DNA of 64,000 nucleotides from Camelus ferus. Taxonomy: Eukaryota. The notes below the pieces were generated by a model. It searched no databases and was not told the origin of the DNA. It was given only the letters and a program-made list of their open reading frames with translations. Of the stretch, positions 10,511 through 23,845 are shown piece after piece. The position numbers and the translations under genes are program-made. The stretch is taken from positions 62,374,001 to 62,438,000 of the forward strand of contig NC_045697.1 of NCBI RefSeq assembly GCF_009834535.1, in the 5' to 3' direction. Within the stretch, counting starts at the first letter, position 1. Each line of letters begins with the position of its first letter.

Positions 10511-13500
10511 AGAATAGTAAAAGAATCTCTTTTGGAACCATAATTTATATTGTCCTGGATCTCCCCACACATTGGCTAGGCTTCATTTGTTTCTGGGTAA
10601 GAGTAGACAGCACCTAACACAGAGTAGTCATTGCTCAGCTTTGAATGTCACATTAGACATTTTTTGAGCACCTGGGAAATACCAGAGTTTTTAAAGAAAG
10701 AAAAGTTTTTCTTGGAATTCTTTCCTTTCACAAATCAAGACACCTACATATGACTCATGTCGTAGTGTTTTACTCCAAGACATTCAGTAGACTGAGAGAA
10801 GGTTCTGATGTCAGGGCAGGAAGAAATAGAAAGTGCTTCTTGTCCTTTAGGGAAGAAACCAAGGGAAAGAGAGAAAGAGGAAAGCAAAGCAAAGCAATCT
10901 GACTTGGATGTCCTTGTTTTGTCCTTGGTAGTGCTGGGAGGGTGTCTGAAGCACTGAGATGATTTTGGGGGAATCCAAGAATTGAAGGCTTGTTCTGCAT
11001 TTCTCAGAGGTTCTGTCTGCTGTGTCCTCCTCTATGTTGTTGACCTGTCCTTACACTGGCTTCCTTCTGGCTAGCAGAATGGCTGAAGCTGTTCTCTTGA
11101 CTCATATCCAAACACCACATCAGCCAGACCAAGAGAGAATGTCTTTGTTGGAGCATTCTTAGTAAGTGCTCTGAGACCCACTCTGATGAGACAGGCTTAG
11201 GTCACGCAACTGAACCAATCAGCATGAGCCCCTGCTACTATGAGAAGAATAAAATGTGTTAATTGCTTAGTTATTGTCACATCCACCACTGGATTCCGGG
11301 AGGATTTAGCTTCCTTACAACTACATGGATCCCGAATGGAAGTCAGGCACTACTGATAAAAGGGAAATGGATTCTGGAGACAAACACAGATGTCCACTTT
11401 AGCCTACTCCTTAAGCTGCTCTTTCAACACATGGCTTAAAACATGCTCAGGCTTACACAGAATAGGCACACGCCTCACACAGATCTTACGGGCACACACC
11501 TCACCTCATCCAAAGGCTGATCCAGTCACTGAATCCAGATCCTAGGAGCTCTGATAAAAAGCAAAGCCATATATGATCACACAGCTTATAGTCTGCATTA
11601 ACATGCTTTGTATTTGATTGATTGTCTGCATAATTCCCAGAGAGTCTTGCTTGGAAGATGAAGTGGCACATAACTTTTCTCAACTTGCCCTCAGGAGGGA
11701 TCTCAATAGATCACTTACCTGTGATCATTAGACTGTTAATTCTTCAAGGCTTGCTTTAAAACTTTCCCCTTGCTGGGTCCACCAATGCTGAACTATTACA
11801 TACTAAACTTGGCCCAATCCTCATCTAGCTCTCATATGGAAATATCCCCAAATATCATAAATTAGAATAAAACCTTACCATTTGAACTTATTATTCTGAA
11901 ATGCTACTAATATCCCATCAGTGGTTTCCTTTCCAGTGGTAAGCCATATGCTTGACTTGTTTTAGCAGTAAGTTATTTTGGGGAGCTCTTCAGAGAGTGA
12001 GCAGTTGACCCTGGATGAGGTACATTCTTTTTCTCGGGTCCAAATATATGATTCACTAATTTATGGCTAAGTGCACACCTGTCTGTAAGGAGCACATATG
12101 AAAATGCAATGGTGCAGAAAGAAGAGTGACTAAAGTGAAAACTTCCATTTGGAAAAAAGGACATCATTTAGGGATGACTGGTCCTGATATCCATGATATG
12201 ACAGGACTCCCTGGCCTGTGAGTTCCTGAGTTTGCCAGTCTGCTCACCTCTGGCTTGGTTATGGCAGCCATCTCTCCTCAGCCATCTCTCCTCAGCCATC
12301 TCTCAGATGGGCACTGAGTATGTCATCCCTCTCTCTGTGCTGCTTAGAGGCTTGTTTCCTATTAGTTAAGGAGCTTAGAGATTATATTCAGGTTCTAGGA
12401 AATCACAGGCTTGGAGTTTATTTGGCAGTAAAGCTTCATTAAAAGTTTAGAAGCTTCCAGACTATTTGTTTCATAGTCCAGCAGCCAAAGTCAGAGATCC
12501 TGATAAGTTGAAATCTTGAAGTTCAGTTCTAACCATCAGAGTTTCTTTGGCAGCGAGCCTCCATTTCCCTGCTTTGCTCATTCTCCTAGGGCTGTGGTTC
12601 TCAAAGTGTGGTTCCTGGCCTCCCCCCAACCTCCTTGGCTCAGCTAAGAACATATTTTAGAGTCTTTTAATGTTAACCTTACTCTTAGTCCCAATTTCTG
12701 TATCAAGGATCTTAGTTCCAAATATAGAAACCAAGTATGTTTATCTTACAGGAAAAAAATGTGGGAAAAGAGAAAGAGTTTATTGAAATGAAATGGGACC
12801 CCACAGATTCACCTGGGAGCTGGAAGTGAGAGAGGGTGAATGGGCGAGATACAAGGATGATGAAGATGAATCAGTGGGAAGAACAGCCACAGTCACATTG
12901 CAGGATGGTTAAGGTCAAGGTGCCACCCCCAGCATTGCTGACACTCGGTCCTGGCTGCTGAGATGACCTGACATTCAACTATCATGACATGTTCTTATGT
13001 CAGACACCCAAAGTCTAGGTGCCAGGGTGAGCTCAGAGTTGAGCTGAGTGGCTCAGCTTAGATCATGTGCGGATCCCTGACCAACATGAGAAGATAAAAG
13101 AGGATCTAGGCTCTCTCATCTTCCATGATGGCTGATGGGCACCAGAGATCATAAGGTAATAAAAAATATTGAGGAGAATTAATGCTGGTGGGAGAGTGGT
13201 CAAAATAACTGGCACATATGTACTAGTTATATCCTGCCTTTCCACTGAGTAGTATTAATACTACCTCATATTAATAAGTATTTTTATAGTAAAAACATTT
13301 TTAATATCAGGATTACTTATTCCTAATTCTATTATGATATTTTGACATGAAAGGCCTGATATAGTCATCACAGATTAATACAGAAATCAGCAATTAGAAA
13401 GATCAAATGATCAGAAATATTTTTTATTTATGGTGAATAAAATCTGTAAACTATATCATATCAAAGAATTATTTTTTTTAAATGCCATGTTTGGGGAGGA

Positions 13501-14715
13501 TTTTTTCAATATCAAATACTTCTATTTCTCTATTTTGTTTATATGTAAAATTATTATTTGGGACATGGAAACATGCATGAGTGAAGGATGGGAGAAAGGG
13601 GAAGAGGGATATGGAATGGGAAAGAAGGAAGAAAGAGAGTTAACATTTATTGAGTACTTTTCTTTACATAAATTATTTAATCTTCCAAATAATTGGACCA
13701 TTTAAATCTGCAGAATGCATTCTTTAAGTGAAATTTTACCTGAAAGCCATTATAACAAAGCAGGTAACTGTTGAGTGAATAGCTCTGGATGGGCTGTTGA
13801 GGAAGTGGGTACCTTCTTCATCTTCCTTGGGATAACAGTCAGCATTATTTTAAAATATATTAGTTTAATTTATATATTTTTTAAAAGGTTAAACTCTGGT
13901 CACTGCAGTTGTGGTAGATGGGTCAATTATGTTGTATTCTAACTCTTCACAGACAGGTAACACATACATTGAGTTTAAGTTCATGGGTAACTGTTCCATG
14001 ACTATAGATTTTAAGTATGAAATCAAAGACTATCTATACATGGTAAAGAAATTTAAATACACACACACATGCACACAGACTCACTAAACCAAAATACTGT
14101 ACTTCACAGAATTTTTCATCCTTAACTATTATGTCTAAGAGGAATTTATGTGTAGTTATAATTTTAACATGTAAAAATAGACTAGGGATAAGGTAACATT
14201 CAATTAATTTCTTGCTGAAAGAGAACACCCTTGACTTAAGATCATATGCCAACTATCCATATGGAATCATGTGCTAGTTGAGGCAGTTACTGGCTCAGTT
14301 ATTATGAACCAGTCCCTAGCAGATGTTCTCTGGCTATTTTATGGTTTTAAAAATGACAGACTAAGGTCGAACTCAGATGGCTGAAAAAGGTACCTCTGAA
14401 GCTGAAAGCAGCAAATAGAACCTGTACATGCTACAGAAAGAGCTGCCAGTTAAAAGCATATGAGTTGGGATTATCAAGGACATAGGGTATTTTGTCACAT
14501 TTGTTAAAAAAAAAAAGAATGGGAACATAGACAAATTTCTTTTGACCACAGAAATATTCTATTAGAACTCCATCTCATGAACATCATTATCCTGTAAGAG
14601 AAAATTGTTTCTTTTGTGGATTGCAGGCATGAATATATTCACAGCAAAATGAATACAATATAAAATCTATGCTATATTTTTCATGTCTGTTTATACTGGA
14701 TTCTTTTTGCAACAG

Positions 14716-14770
14716 GAGGGGATATGGGACAAATTCCCTATTTACTCCCTACATCCCAAACCTCAGCTGA

Positions 14771-14812
<42 letters not shown>

Positions 14813-14819
14813 AAGCCAG
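14716..14819 (+). pseudogene. Candidate exon remnant EGIWDKFPIYSLHPKPQLT containing a 38-nt poly(A) run
   Basis: Acceptor ttctttttgcaacag|, donor CAG|gtatag. A38 at 14773-14810. Confidence 0.3.
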
Positions 14820-15099
14820 GTATAGATAGTCTTTGTTTGCATACTTAAAGATGAAAGAAAATTCATATGCTCATGTAAAAGTTAACTCTGCATTTTAAGG
14901 TATTATACATGGTTAATATCAAACCAAGGAAAAACATGAGTATCTCAAAATAAGTAGGAGACATTTGGACCCAGAGGTTGCAAGAGATTCATGGTTAATA
15001 CTATAGAAGATGAATCTCAGGAGTCTTCCCATGACACACCAACATCTGCCATTGCCAGAGTCGTTCGCTGGCTTTCCTACACCTCTTTGGCTTCCATTG

Positions 15100-16660
15100 A
15101 ATCCACCTCTTCTTAAAAACTAGCTAAAATCATCTTATCAAAGTGAAATTCTAATCATATAATCTACTCCTTAACTCTTTCACTGTGCTTGAGATAAAAT
15201 GCAAAGTCCTTAGCATGACTAACATGGTAATTTCACATTCAGATATTTCCTGAGTCTGCCTTTTCTAGGTCCAGGCCCTTATACTTTCTAACCCTTTGCC
15301 TGAATGTGCTTCTTTCCATTTTTTTGGTGGTCTTCTCCTACTCATGTCTTAGCTGAAGTACCACTTTTTCAGAAGAACTTTTCCTGACCTCTCAGACCTA
15401 TAAGGAAAGCACAGGAAATAAATAAAAACATGTTCTTCTGGTATTAATCACTATAGAGAAATATACAAAGTGAGAATAGGACTGTTATTCTGCATGGGAT
15501 AATAAAAAAAAGGACTTCCTGATCAAGTTTTCTTTAAGCAGAGACCTGAAGGGACTGGAAATTAAACTTGCACTTGTAGCTATCCGGGGGAAGAGCAGTC
15601 CAGGCAGAGGGAGGAGCTGATACAAGAGCCTTGATGTAGGATGGAACAAGAAGGCCAACAGGGCAAGCACCAAGTAAGGGGACCAAGCAGGAAAAGCACC
15701 AGAAAGCAAACTCAGAGAATGTGGAGACCATGGTGAGAATTTTGGCTTTTGATCTGAAAAAAGATGAAAAGCTATAGTTGAGTGAGTGAATGAGTCAATA
15801 CTGGGAGACCAGGCTACAGAGGGATTGAGTTAGGGGTTTGGCCAGGGTGTGGTACAAAGACTACAGTAAAGATCTTGGCTGTTCTTCTGAGTAAACTGTG
15901 ATAGCTTTAGATGGTTTAAGCAGAATAGTAACATGGTCTGGTTGGTATCTTGGATGATGACTCTAGTTGCTATGTTAGAACAGAGCGGGAAAGAGTAGTG
16001 GCACGGTGCTTTTTGTAGTAGTCCTGATGAGTAATGATTGTGACTGCATTAAGTGTAATAGAGGTGCTGATGAGTACCTGGGATCTGGATTTATTCATCT
16101 AGAAGAGAAAGCCAACAGGATTTGCTAATATAAAGTGGGAGGAAGAGAAGTATGAAGAATTATTCTAATGTTTAATCTAAGCAACTATAAAATTAGGGAA
16201 TAGAGTTGTTTTGGCCTAAGTATAAAAAATAGGGAGTAGAGAATACCACAAGGTGGGAAATTAGGAGAAGCTCTTTTGCAGGCAAGGGACTGCTGCTGCT
16301 AATTAAATAAAGAATTTCATTTAGAATATGTTGAGTTTGAGAGAACTATTAGGTAATCAATTAGAGCTATCTAGTAGAGAGTCAGATACAAAAATCTTGA
16401 GTTTATCAAAAAGTTCAGGGCCAAAGATTATGCATTTTGAAGTCATATGAAAATACATGGTATTTAAAGACTGAGACTAAAAGATGTTACTTTGGGAGTA
16501 AGTGTAGTTTGAAGAGAGGAGGTCAGAGGACCCACAAGGCACTCCAAATTTTAGAGGTCAGCAAGATAAGGGTGATCCAGCTAAGCATTAGGCTGGCCTA
16601 TGAGACCGAAGGACAGCCCAGAGATTGGTGTTTAAAGGCCAAGTGAAGAGTAGGTTTCAG
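15100..16660. mobile_element. L2 fragments
   Basis: Degenerate L2-like text (gagcagagacctgaagg, atgttgagtttgag...tag.tagagagtc.gata). Confidence 0.55.
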
Positions 16661-16679
16661 AAATTTGTGGGGAGCCACA

Positions 16680-17810
16680 AATTACTAATGTCAGAATTGA
16701 AAGATGGGATATCACTACAGATCCCATAGACATTAAAAGGACTAAGAAGGAATACAGTGAACAACTCAACGACCACAAATTTGATAACCTAGGTTAAATG
16801 GACCAATTGAATGAAAAACAATCTGCCAAAACTCACACAAGAAGAAACAGACAATCTGAATAGGCTCCTATGCCTATTTTAAAATTGAATCAATAATGAA
16901 TAATCTTCCAAGAAAGAAAATTCTAGGTCTAGATGAGTTCACTATTGAATTCTACCAAACATTTAAGGAAGACTTTATACCAATTCTCTTTATTCTCTTC
17001 CAGAATACAGAAGCAGAGGGAATGCTTTCAAACTCATTCTAGGAGGTCAGCATTATTCTAATTTGAAAACCAGGCAAAGACATTACTAGAAAAGAAAACT
17101 AGAGATTAATATTCTCATAAACACAGATGCAAAATCTTTAACAACTACTAACAAATTGAATCATCCAACAATGTATGAAAGGAATTATATACCATGACCA
17201 AGTGTCATTTATTCCAGAAATGCAAGGTATTTTAGCATTTGAAAATCAATTAATCACATCAAAAAGTTAAAGAAGAAAAATCACATGATCATATCAAAAG
17301 ATGCAGAAAAGGCATCTGACAAAATCCAACATTTATTTTACAAATTCTCATCAAACTCAGAGTAGAGAGGATCTTCCTCAAATTAATAAAAGTCATCTAT
17401 AAAAACCTGCATCTAACATCATAATTAATGATGCAAAACTAGAAACATTCCCACTAAGATGAGGAAAAAAACAAAGGTGTCCCCCATCACTCTCTTTCAA
17501 CATCATACTGGAAATCCTAGCCAATGCGAACAAGAAGAAAGACAAGAGAAATATAGCTAAAGATGATCCATACACTGGAGTTGTCAGATACAGATTTTAA
17601 ATAACTATTATTTATATGCTTGAGAAAATAGGTAACACAATGGAGAGTTTTACCAAAGAACCAGAATCAAAAAGGAATCAAACAGAAATTCTCAAATAGA
17701 AAATCATAATAACTAGAATTAAGAACTCAATAGTTGGGCTTTTATTAAAGTGGACTGAGCAGAAGAAAGGATTAGTGAACTGGAAGATAAGCTCCCCAAA
17801 GCTATGCAAA
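16680..17810 (+). mobile_element. L1 fragments (ORF2 RT region plus an older ORF1-like piece)
   Basis: Decayed ORF2 motifs GLDEFTIEFYQTFKE, HMIISKDAEKASDKIQH, GCPPSLS.FNIILEILA. Confidence 0.85.
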
Positions 17811-17847
17811 CTGCTATTCTTAAACTTTGTATAATATAAGCTTTTAG

Positions 17848-17997
17848 ATTTTGTTGCCTATCTTTGCTGCCACTGGGATGAATATGATTGAGAAATAAGT
17901 CAGCAAAGTTGGAAACAAAACCAAGTGACAAAGGAAGAGGAGAGGAAAATATTCTTGAAGACAAGGGTTAAACAACTAGATCGAACCATGTCAACAG
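17848..17997 (+). pseudogene. Exon remnant (D)FVAYLCCHWDEYD*EISQQSWKQNQVTKEEERKIFLKTRVKQLDRTMST
   Basis: ttttag| ... CAG|gtagtt. 150 nt, phase 1-1, single TGA at 17889. Confidence 0.45.
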
Positions 17998-18136
17998 GTA
18001 GTTTATGAAAGAAATATATAAGTCAGTATGTTCCTTTATCTGCTTAAACTGAGTAGATTTGGAATTTTCTTACTTACAGCAGGAAAAGCCCTTGCTCATA
18101 CGAACTATGTGTTTGTCTTCTCCCTTCTTGTGTGAG

Positions 18137-18222
18137 GATCTTATAGTACTGTTTCTGGTGTTTCTGTCTCAGTCATTGGGCAGAGCAGAGTCTGAAGGGT
18201 GACTGACTTCAATGGAATGATA
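18137..18222 (+). pseudogene. Exon remnant (G)SYSTVSGVSVSVIGQSRV*RVTDFNGMI
   Basis: Pyrimidine tract with a weak GAG acceptor, donor |gtaaat. Phase-compatible with 17848-17997. TGA at 18193. Confidence 0.35.
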
Positions 18223-20428
18223 GTAAATTTTACACTCATTTAAATTGTTTATAAGATAGCAGGACAGCAGGTGCTCTGAAACATGAGTTTGGAGGTCAAA
18301 GGAAATATCAGTTTTGAGATCTAAATTTTGGTTAGCCTATCATTCTAATAAGAGAAAGTTTTGGCATTGTATAAGGTATACAGTAAGAAGAAATAACTGA
18401 GCATGAAATATAAGGGAGCTAATGTTTAGTAGGGAGCTAGAAAAGAAGAGTCAATGAAAAAGAGAGATGGATCTGAGAAATAGGAGAAAATCCAAGGGTG
18501 AACAATGAAGAAATATAAAGAAGAACAGAGTTGTAAAGAGATTTTGGTACATGTGGTAAAGGTAGAAGATGAATGACATGAGGCTTTTCAATTAGCATTT
18601 AAATATTAGATTCAATAACTTGGGTTAACTAATGACCTTTAAGAGATAAGCTTCCTTAGAGGAAAAGAATGAGAAAAAAAATTCAGAGGTTGAGTGTTGC
18701 ACAAGTTTGTCAACTAAGATCAAGTTTGGCTTAAAAATAATCATTTACATATGAGTAACAGTTTAAAATATCTTATTAGTCTGATGAATTTTAAATATCT
18801 CAGTGATTCCATTCTTCTTTAAGGTCAAATTGAGATTAATTTCTATGATTTCTATTTGATTTTGAGACCTTGAACATACTTAGTAATTTTTTTCTGTCTA
18901 AAAAAATTCCTAAGCTGCTTCATAGAAATCATTTTCAATTATATTCTTGCATATATATGCATACATATAAAATATCAACTAATTAAAATCAGTGTAGTAT
19001 ATGGACTAAACTATTTTATGTTAAAATATTATTTATATATTAAAACTAAAGTTTACAGCCTTAAATAATATTATCTAAATACACAGTTTACTACATATGT
19101 GAGTGTTTAAATATATGCATTCAACAACACATCGATAAGTAAAAGAAGATAAAGAGTAGTTTAAAGGAGAGGACTGGTAATTTAAAAAGTGATAGTGAAA
19201 TGAAACAAAAAGTAAAGTGTTTCTTTTTTTTTTTTTTTTTGAAAGAAGTCAGGAAGAAGCATCCCAGAGCTGGTAGGGGACTCCATAGTTACCTGGTTTG
19301 TAGGCTCTTTTATCTTCCTGCTCTACTGTGTTTGGCCATGGCTCCCAATCTAAAGATTTTTTTCATTGTCCCAGAGGGTTTCTGGGGCTCCAGACACCAG
19401 ACGTGTGTTCTAGACAGGAGGGAGGAGAAAGAACTAATGACAAGAGGGAATACGTTAAAACTCCCTGTTGAAACTTTTTTTGAGGTCAACCTAACTTCTG
19501 CTTAGAACCCACTGAACACTCACACTCAGCTGCCAGAAAGACTGGGAAATAAAATATTTTAGCTGGTCATGCTGATCAGGCTTCAGTTAGAGACAAAGAA
19601 CGGAGCGTGGATTCTTGACAGGCACCCAACAATCTCTGTCTAAATGGATTATGAGAAAAAAAGGAAAATGCCTTGTATTTTCCAAAACATTTGGTAGAAA
19701 TATGGGAAAATTTGTCTAATAGAATTTGAGAGAATGGGAATTTTTAAGATAGGAAAGACTTGAGTGTTTTTGTGGGTTGAAGGGCAGAATGCAGAAGATA
19801 AAGTGCAATTAATTGATGGGGCAAGGCCCCTGGAGAGGTGAGAGACAAGGATCAAGAGCACAGGAGTCCCTCTTGATTCCTTGATGCTCCCATTTCAGAA
19901 AATCAACCTCAAGGAGGTCCACATGCATTGTTAACATGCAGCTCCGGTATTCCTTTACATGGGATTTTCAGATTTAGTGACATAGTTATGACACTTTAAT
20001 TTTGCTTGAAAACACTTTGCAAATATAATTTGTGAGGGTGCCGTGTTCATTATTGTAAAGAATGAGCTATTTAGCAAAGAAAGGGATTGTTCTTCACAGA
20101 TCTGAGCAAGAAACCTTGGCAAATAAAATAAGGTTTTAGATAAAATTTAAAATGTTTGGCAATGTGTATACACCTATGTGTAAAAATTATATTAAATGAT
20201 TTTTTGGATAAATAATCCTTTGGACAATTAACTTATCTAATACATTGTTTTCAATATAAGCATTTCTTTCTCTTTTTTTAATTATAATCTGGCCAATCAG
20301 TACAAGCATTTGTCTTTCTTTTTTATTACAATCTGCCCCCGCCCCACATAACTCTTAAAAAGGTCCAACTAGTTTTTAAGATCAATGTATATAGAAATAA
20401 CCTCTGTGGTGTAAAAGTGTCTTTTTAG

Positions 20429-20621
20429 CATTTACTGGCAAGTATGGTACAATACCTTACTCCATTCACTCAGTGTTGCCAGTTCCAAATCCTGTGCTCT
20501 AATAGCATATGACAGCATAAACAAATTATTGTGTAGGGATTTACTCGTTTTTCAGTATATAAAGGAAAATATACAGAATATTCAGAGGGAATATTATCAA
20601 CTTTCTATCTTAGGACAAGAG
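20429..20621 (+). pseudogene. Exon remnant IYWQVWYNTLLHSLSVASSKSCALIAYDSINKLLCRDLLVFQYIKENIQNIQREYYQLSILGQE
   Basis: ctttttag| acceptor, 64 open codons in AT-rich DNA, possible GC or decayed donor GAG|gcaagc. Confidence 0.35.
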
Positions 20622-23169
20622 GCAAGCTTTCACTTTTCATTAGATTGAAAAATCTAATGGCATTGAATCATTCTCCAGCTGTCCACATTATGTGTAAAAA
20701 TAATTTCTTATTTTGTATGTTCAGCAATACTTCAGCATCTCTGAAGTTTTATAGCTATACATTTGATTTCTTTGTTTCACATTTGCTTAAAATATGAATC
20801 AATTAATCTAGTTTCATTTTAGATTTATTCATTATCTAAACTTATGGGTCAAAATTATAATTTAGCAGTTACCATGTTTTCAGCAATTTAAAAAAATCCC
20901 GTAATTTGAATCTTAATTCACATGTTTTTGTCCACTTTTTATTAAAGACTAAATAATGTTTTCAAAATTTCCATTGATATGGGAAGCTTCAGACAGACAC
21001 AAAAATCCGGACCATGGGTTTTTTTCAGTTTGTATGGCACAATTTAAAAAATTGTCAGTGTCTTCAATGAAGTACTATGATGCTAAAATTATAATGACTT
21101 AAAGATGATGATGTTCATATCAACATAGAAATACCACCATCACTACAAATCCTCCGCCAGCTTGATCCATTCCCTGCCCCCTCTTACTCTCCTTCCCCAC
21201 TGCAACTTGCCTTCTGGCAAATAAGGAATCTGGAGAGAGGAGAAAGGGTGGATGAGGTGGTGGGAGAGGGTGGGAGAGTAAGAGAGAGGAGGGAGGAATG
21301 TTGGAGTGAATGGGAAGAGCTCCTTTGACCTACAGGCATGCTATTTAGAGGGAAGTGAAAGAAATTCTAAAGTTTCTCTATTATTTTACTTTCTCTATAA
21401 AGTGATCCCTGATATCTTTCACTTGCTCCAGCCACAATTCTCCTTTAATCCCCTTCATTCTTATTGTACCCTTTAAATAATCCACATCACTTATATTATG
21501 CTTTTTAAAGTATCAATTTTTCTTATCTACCAGAGTATCAGCTATTTCTTTTATCATGATCCTTGTATACTTAACATAATACCAACTACATAGAACCTCA
21601 TTAAATATTTGTTAGGCTAATGAATTAATTCATAAAGTTTTTAAGGAGCTTTGGAATCTATTAGAAGAATTTAAAGAATGATAATGGGGCATTAAATATT
21701 CTTTGTTGATTGTCATTATAACAATAATCACAATAATAATAAATATTCAGGCTTTTTGAGCTCTCTTTTAATTATGTTAGATTTAAAATTTAAATGTCAC
21801 AGAAAATCTTGCTTTTCTCCCTTCTCTTTATAATATTGGTATATAGCTGACACCAAAGGAAGTGAATACAATACAGATACATTTGCAAAAGCTAATACTT
21901 ACCAAGTAACTGTCAGCAGGGAATGTGAGTTATCAAGTCTGTCACTGAACAGTTTGGGATCTGCATGTAATAAAGGAGACCAAATAAAGAGCTATTTTCC
22001 ACCACCACCACTACCACAACAACACTGCCAATAACACCACCACAAACAACAATCTCAAACCTAAAAGAAACACATTTGTACCTCAGCAACCAGGGCAGTT
22101 ATGCAGTGACATTGACCAACTTGTGTATGTTCTGATCAGAAGTATACAAATACGTATCCCCTATTTGTTAGATTTAAGTTGAAATTACAAACATTTAAAG
22201 ATGCTCTTTCTACACAATTTCATTTTCTTTACAAATTATAAATTGAATTTGCCCACAATATCAAATAACCAATTTTTAAATACAGACCTTTTTTCTAATT
22301 GAGTTTATGAAGAAATCGTGTGAACAAGGGGGAAGAAGAAGGAGAAAGAGATGGAGAAGGAAGGGAAGGGAGAAGGGAAGGGGAAAGAGACAAGGAACAA
22401 AAATTATAACTAATTTGTACGTTGGATAAGGCAATTTGGCTTCAGATGGCTTAGATTTTCCCAAGGAATTGAAAGAAGGTGGATATAAGTAAAAACAGGA
22501 ACAATGAACCTCTTTGAATCAGACTTTTCCATACTCTTTCTGGGCCCTAGTACCAAAAACAGAGGAAAAGTGACTTCTCCTGATTTTGAGGACTGAATTT
22601 AATTTTATAATAGTTTGGTTAGAAAATAAGCATTGTGGGGTCAGGTACTAGCAGAATTATTATAAACTCAACCCTAAATTAATGGAATAGAATTGAGAGT
22701 ACAGAAATAAACCCTTACATTTCTGGTCAGTTGCTTTTCAACCAGTGTGCCAAGACAATTCATGAGTGGAAAGAATATTCTTTTTAAGAAATGAGACAAC
22801 TGGATATCCACATGCAAAAGAATGATGTTGAACCCCTCCGTCACACTGCATACAAAAACTAATTAAAAATGCATCATAGTGCTGAAACTATAGAACTCTA
22901 AGAAGTAAACATAAGAACAGATCTTTGTGACCTTGACTTAGGCAATGGTGTCTTAGATATAACACCAAAAGCACAAGTGATCAAAAAGGAAAAAATAAAT
23001 GGACTTTGTGAAAATTAAAAAAAAAATTGTGCTTTAAAGGAAACAATCGAGAAAGTGAAAAGCAAACCACAGAGTGAGAGAAAATATTAGCAAATCATGT
23101 ATCTGCTAAGGTACTGGTATCCAGAATGTATAAAGAACTTTTACATTTCAATAATTAAAAAGGCAATCC

Positions 23170-23845
23170 TACCGTTTTAGTCAGTTTTGGCTGCTGTAAC
23201 AAAGTACCATGAATTGGGTGGCCTATAAACCACAGGAATTTATTTCTCAGAGTTCTGGAAGCTGGAAATCTGACATCAGAGTGCCGGCATAGTCGGGTTC
23301 TGGTGAGAGCCCTATTGCAGGCTGCAGACAGCTGACTTCTTGTCTCCTCACACAGAAGCAAGAGATCAGGAGAGCTAGCCTGAGTCTCTTCTAAAGGTAC
23401 TAATCCCATCTATGAGGGCTCTACCTTCATGCCTAATTAACTTCCCAAAGCCTTTTTTTTTTTTTTTTTCTGAGTAAAGGCAGATTTATTTAGAGAGATA
23501 CATACTGCATAGAGTGTAGGCTGTTTCAGAAGGCAAGAGAAAGGCCACGAGGGATGGCGGATGGGTGCTCAGGTTCAAGTAGATACACACTCCATAGACA
23601 GAGTGCAGGCAGTCTCCAAAGAGGAGGGAGCAAGAGGTGGCTGTGAAGAGCCATGTTGCCAGTTTTTATGAGCTTGGTAGCTTTATATGCTAATAAGTGG
23701 AATGACCAGTCTAGCTACCTGGGGAAGGGGTTACGATTCCCAGGAAGTTGACCATTTCCCACTCTTTGACATTTTGTCCAAAGCCCTAACTTTTAATGCT
23801 ATCACGTTGGGGCAGGGGGCAGGTCACAAATCTTCAGTCCATAAC
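23170..23845. mobile_element. MLT1/MST-type MaLR LTR nested in L1
   Basis: ttagtcagttttggctgctgtaacaaagtacca...tttatttctca..gttctgga.gctgg.aa...ttcagtccataaca. Confidence 0.75.
23453..23777 (-). mobile_element. Poly(A)-tailed retrocopy of ERV1 LTR U3-R nested in the MaLR LTR
   Basis: T17 run, tttatt signal, homology to 38794-39417. TSD ccaaagcc at 23445-23452 and 23778-23785. Confidence 0.8.
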
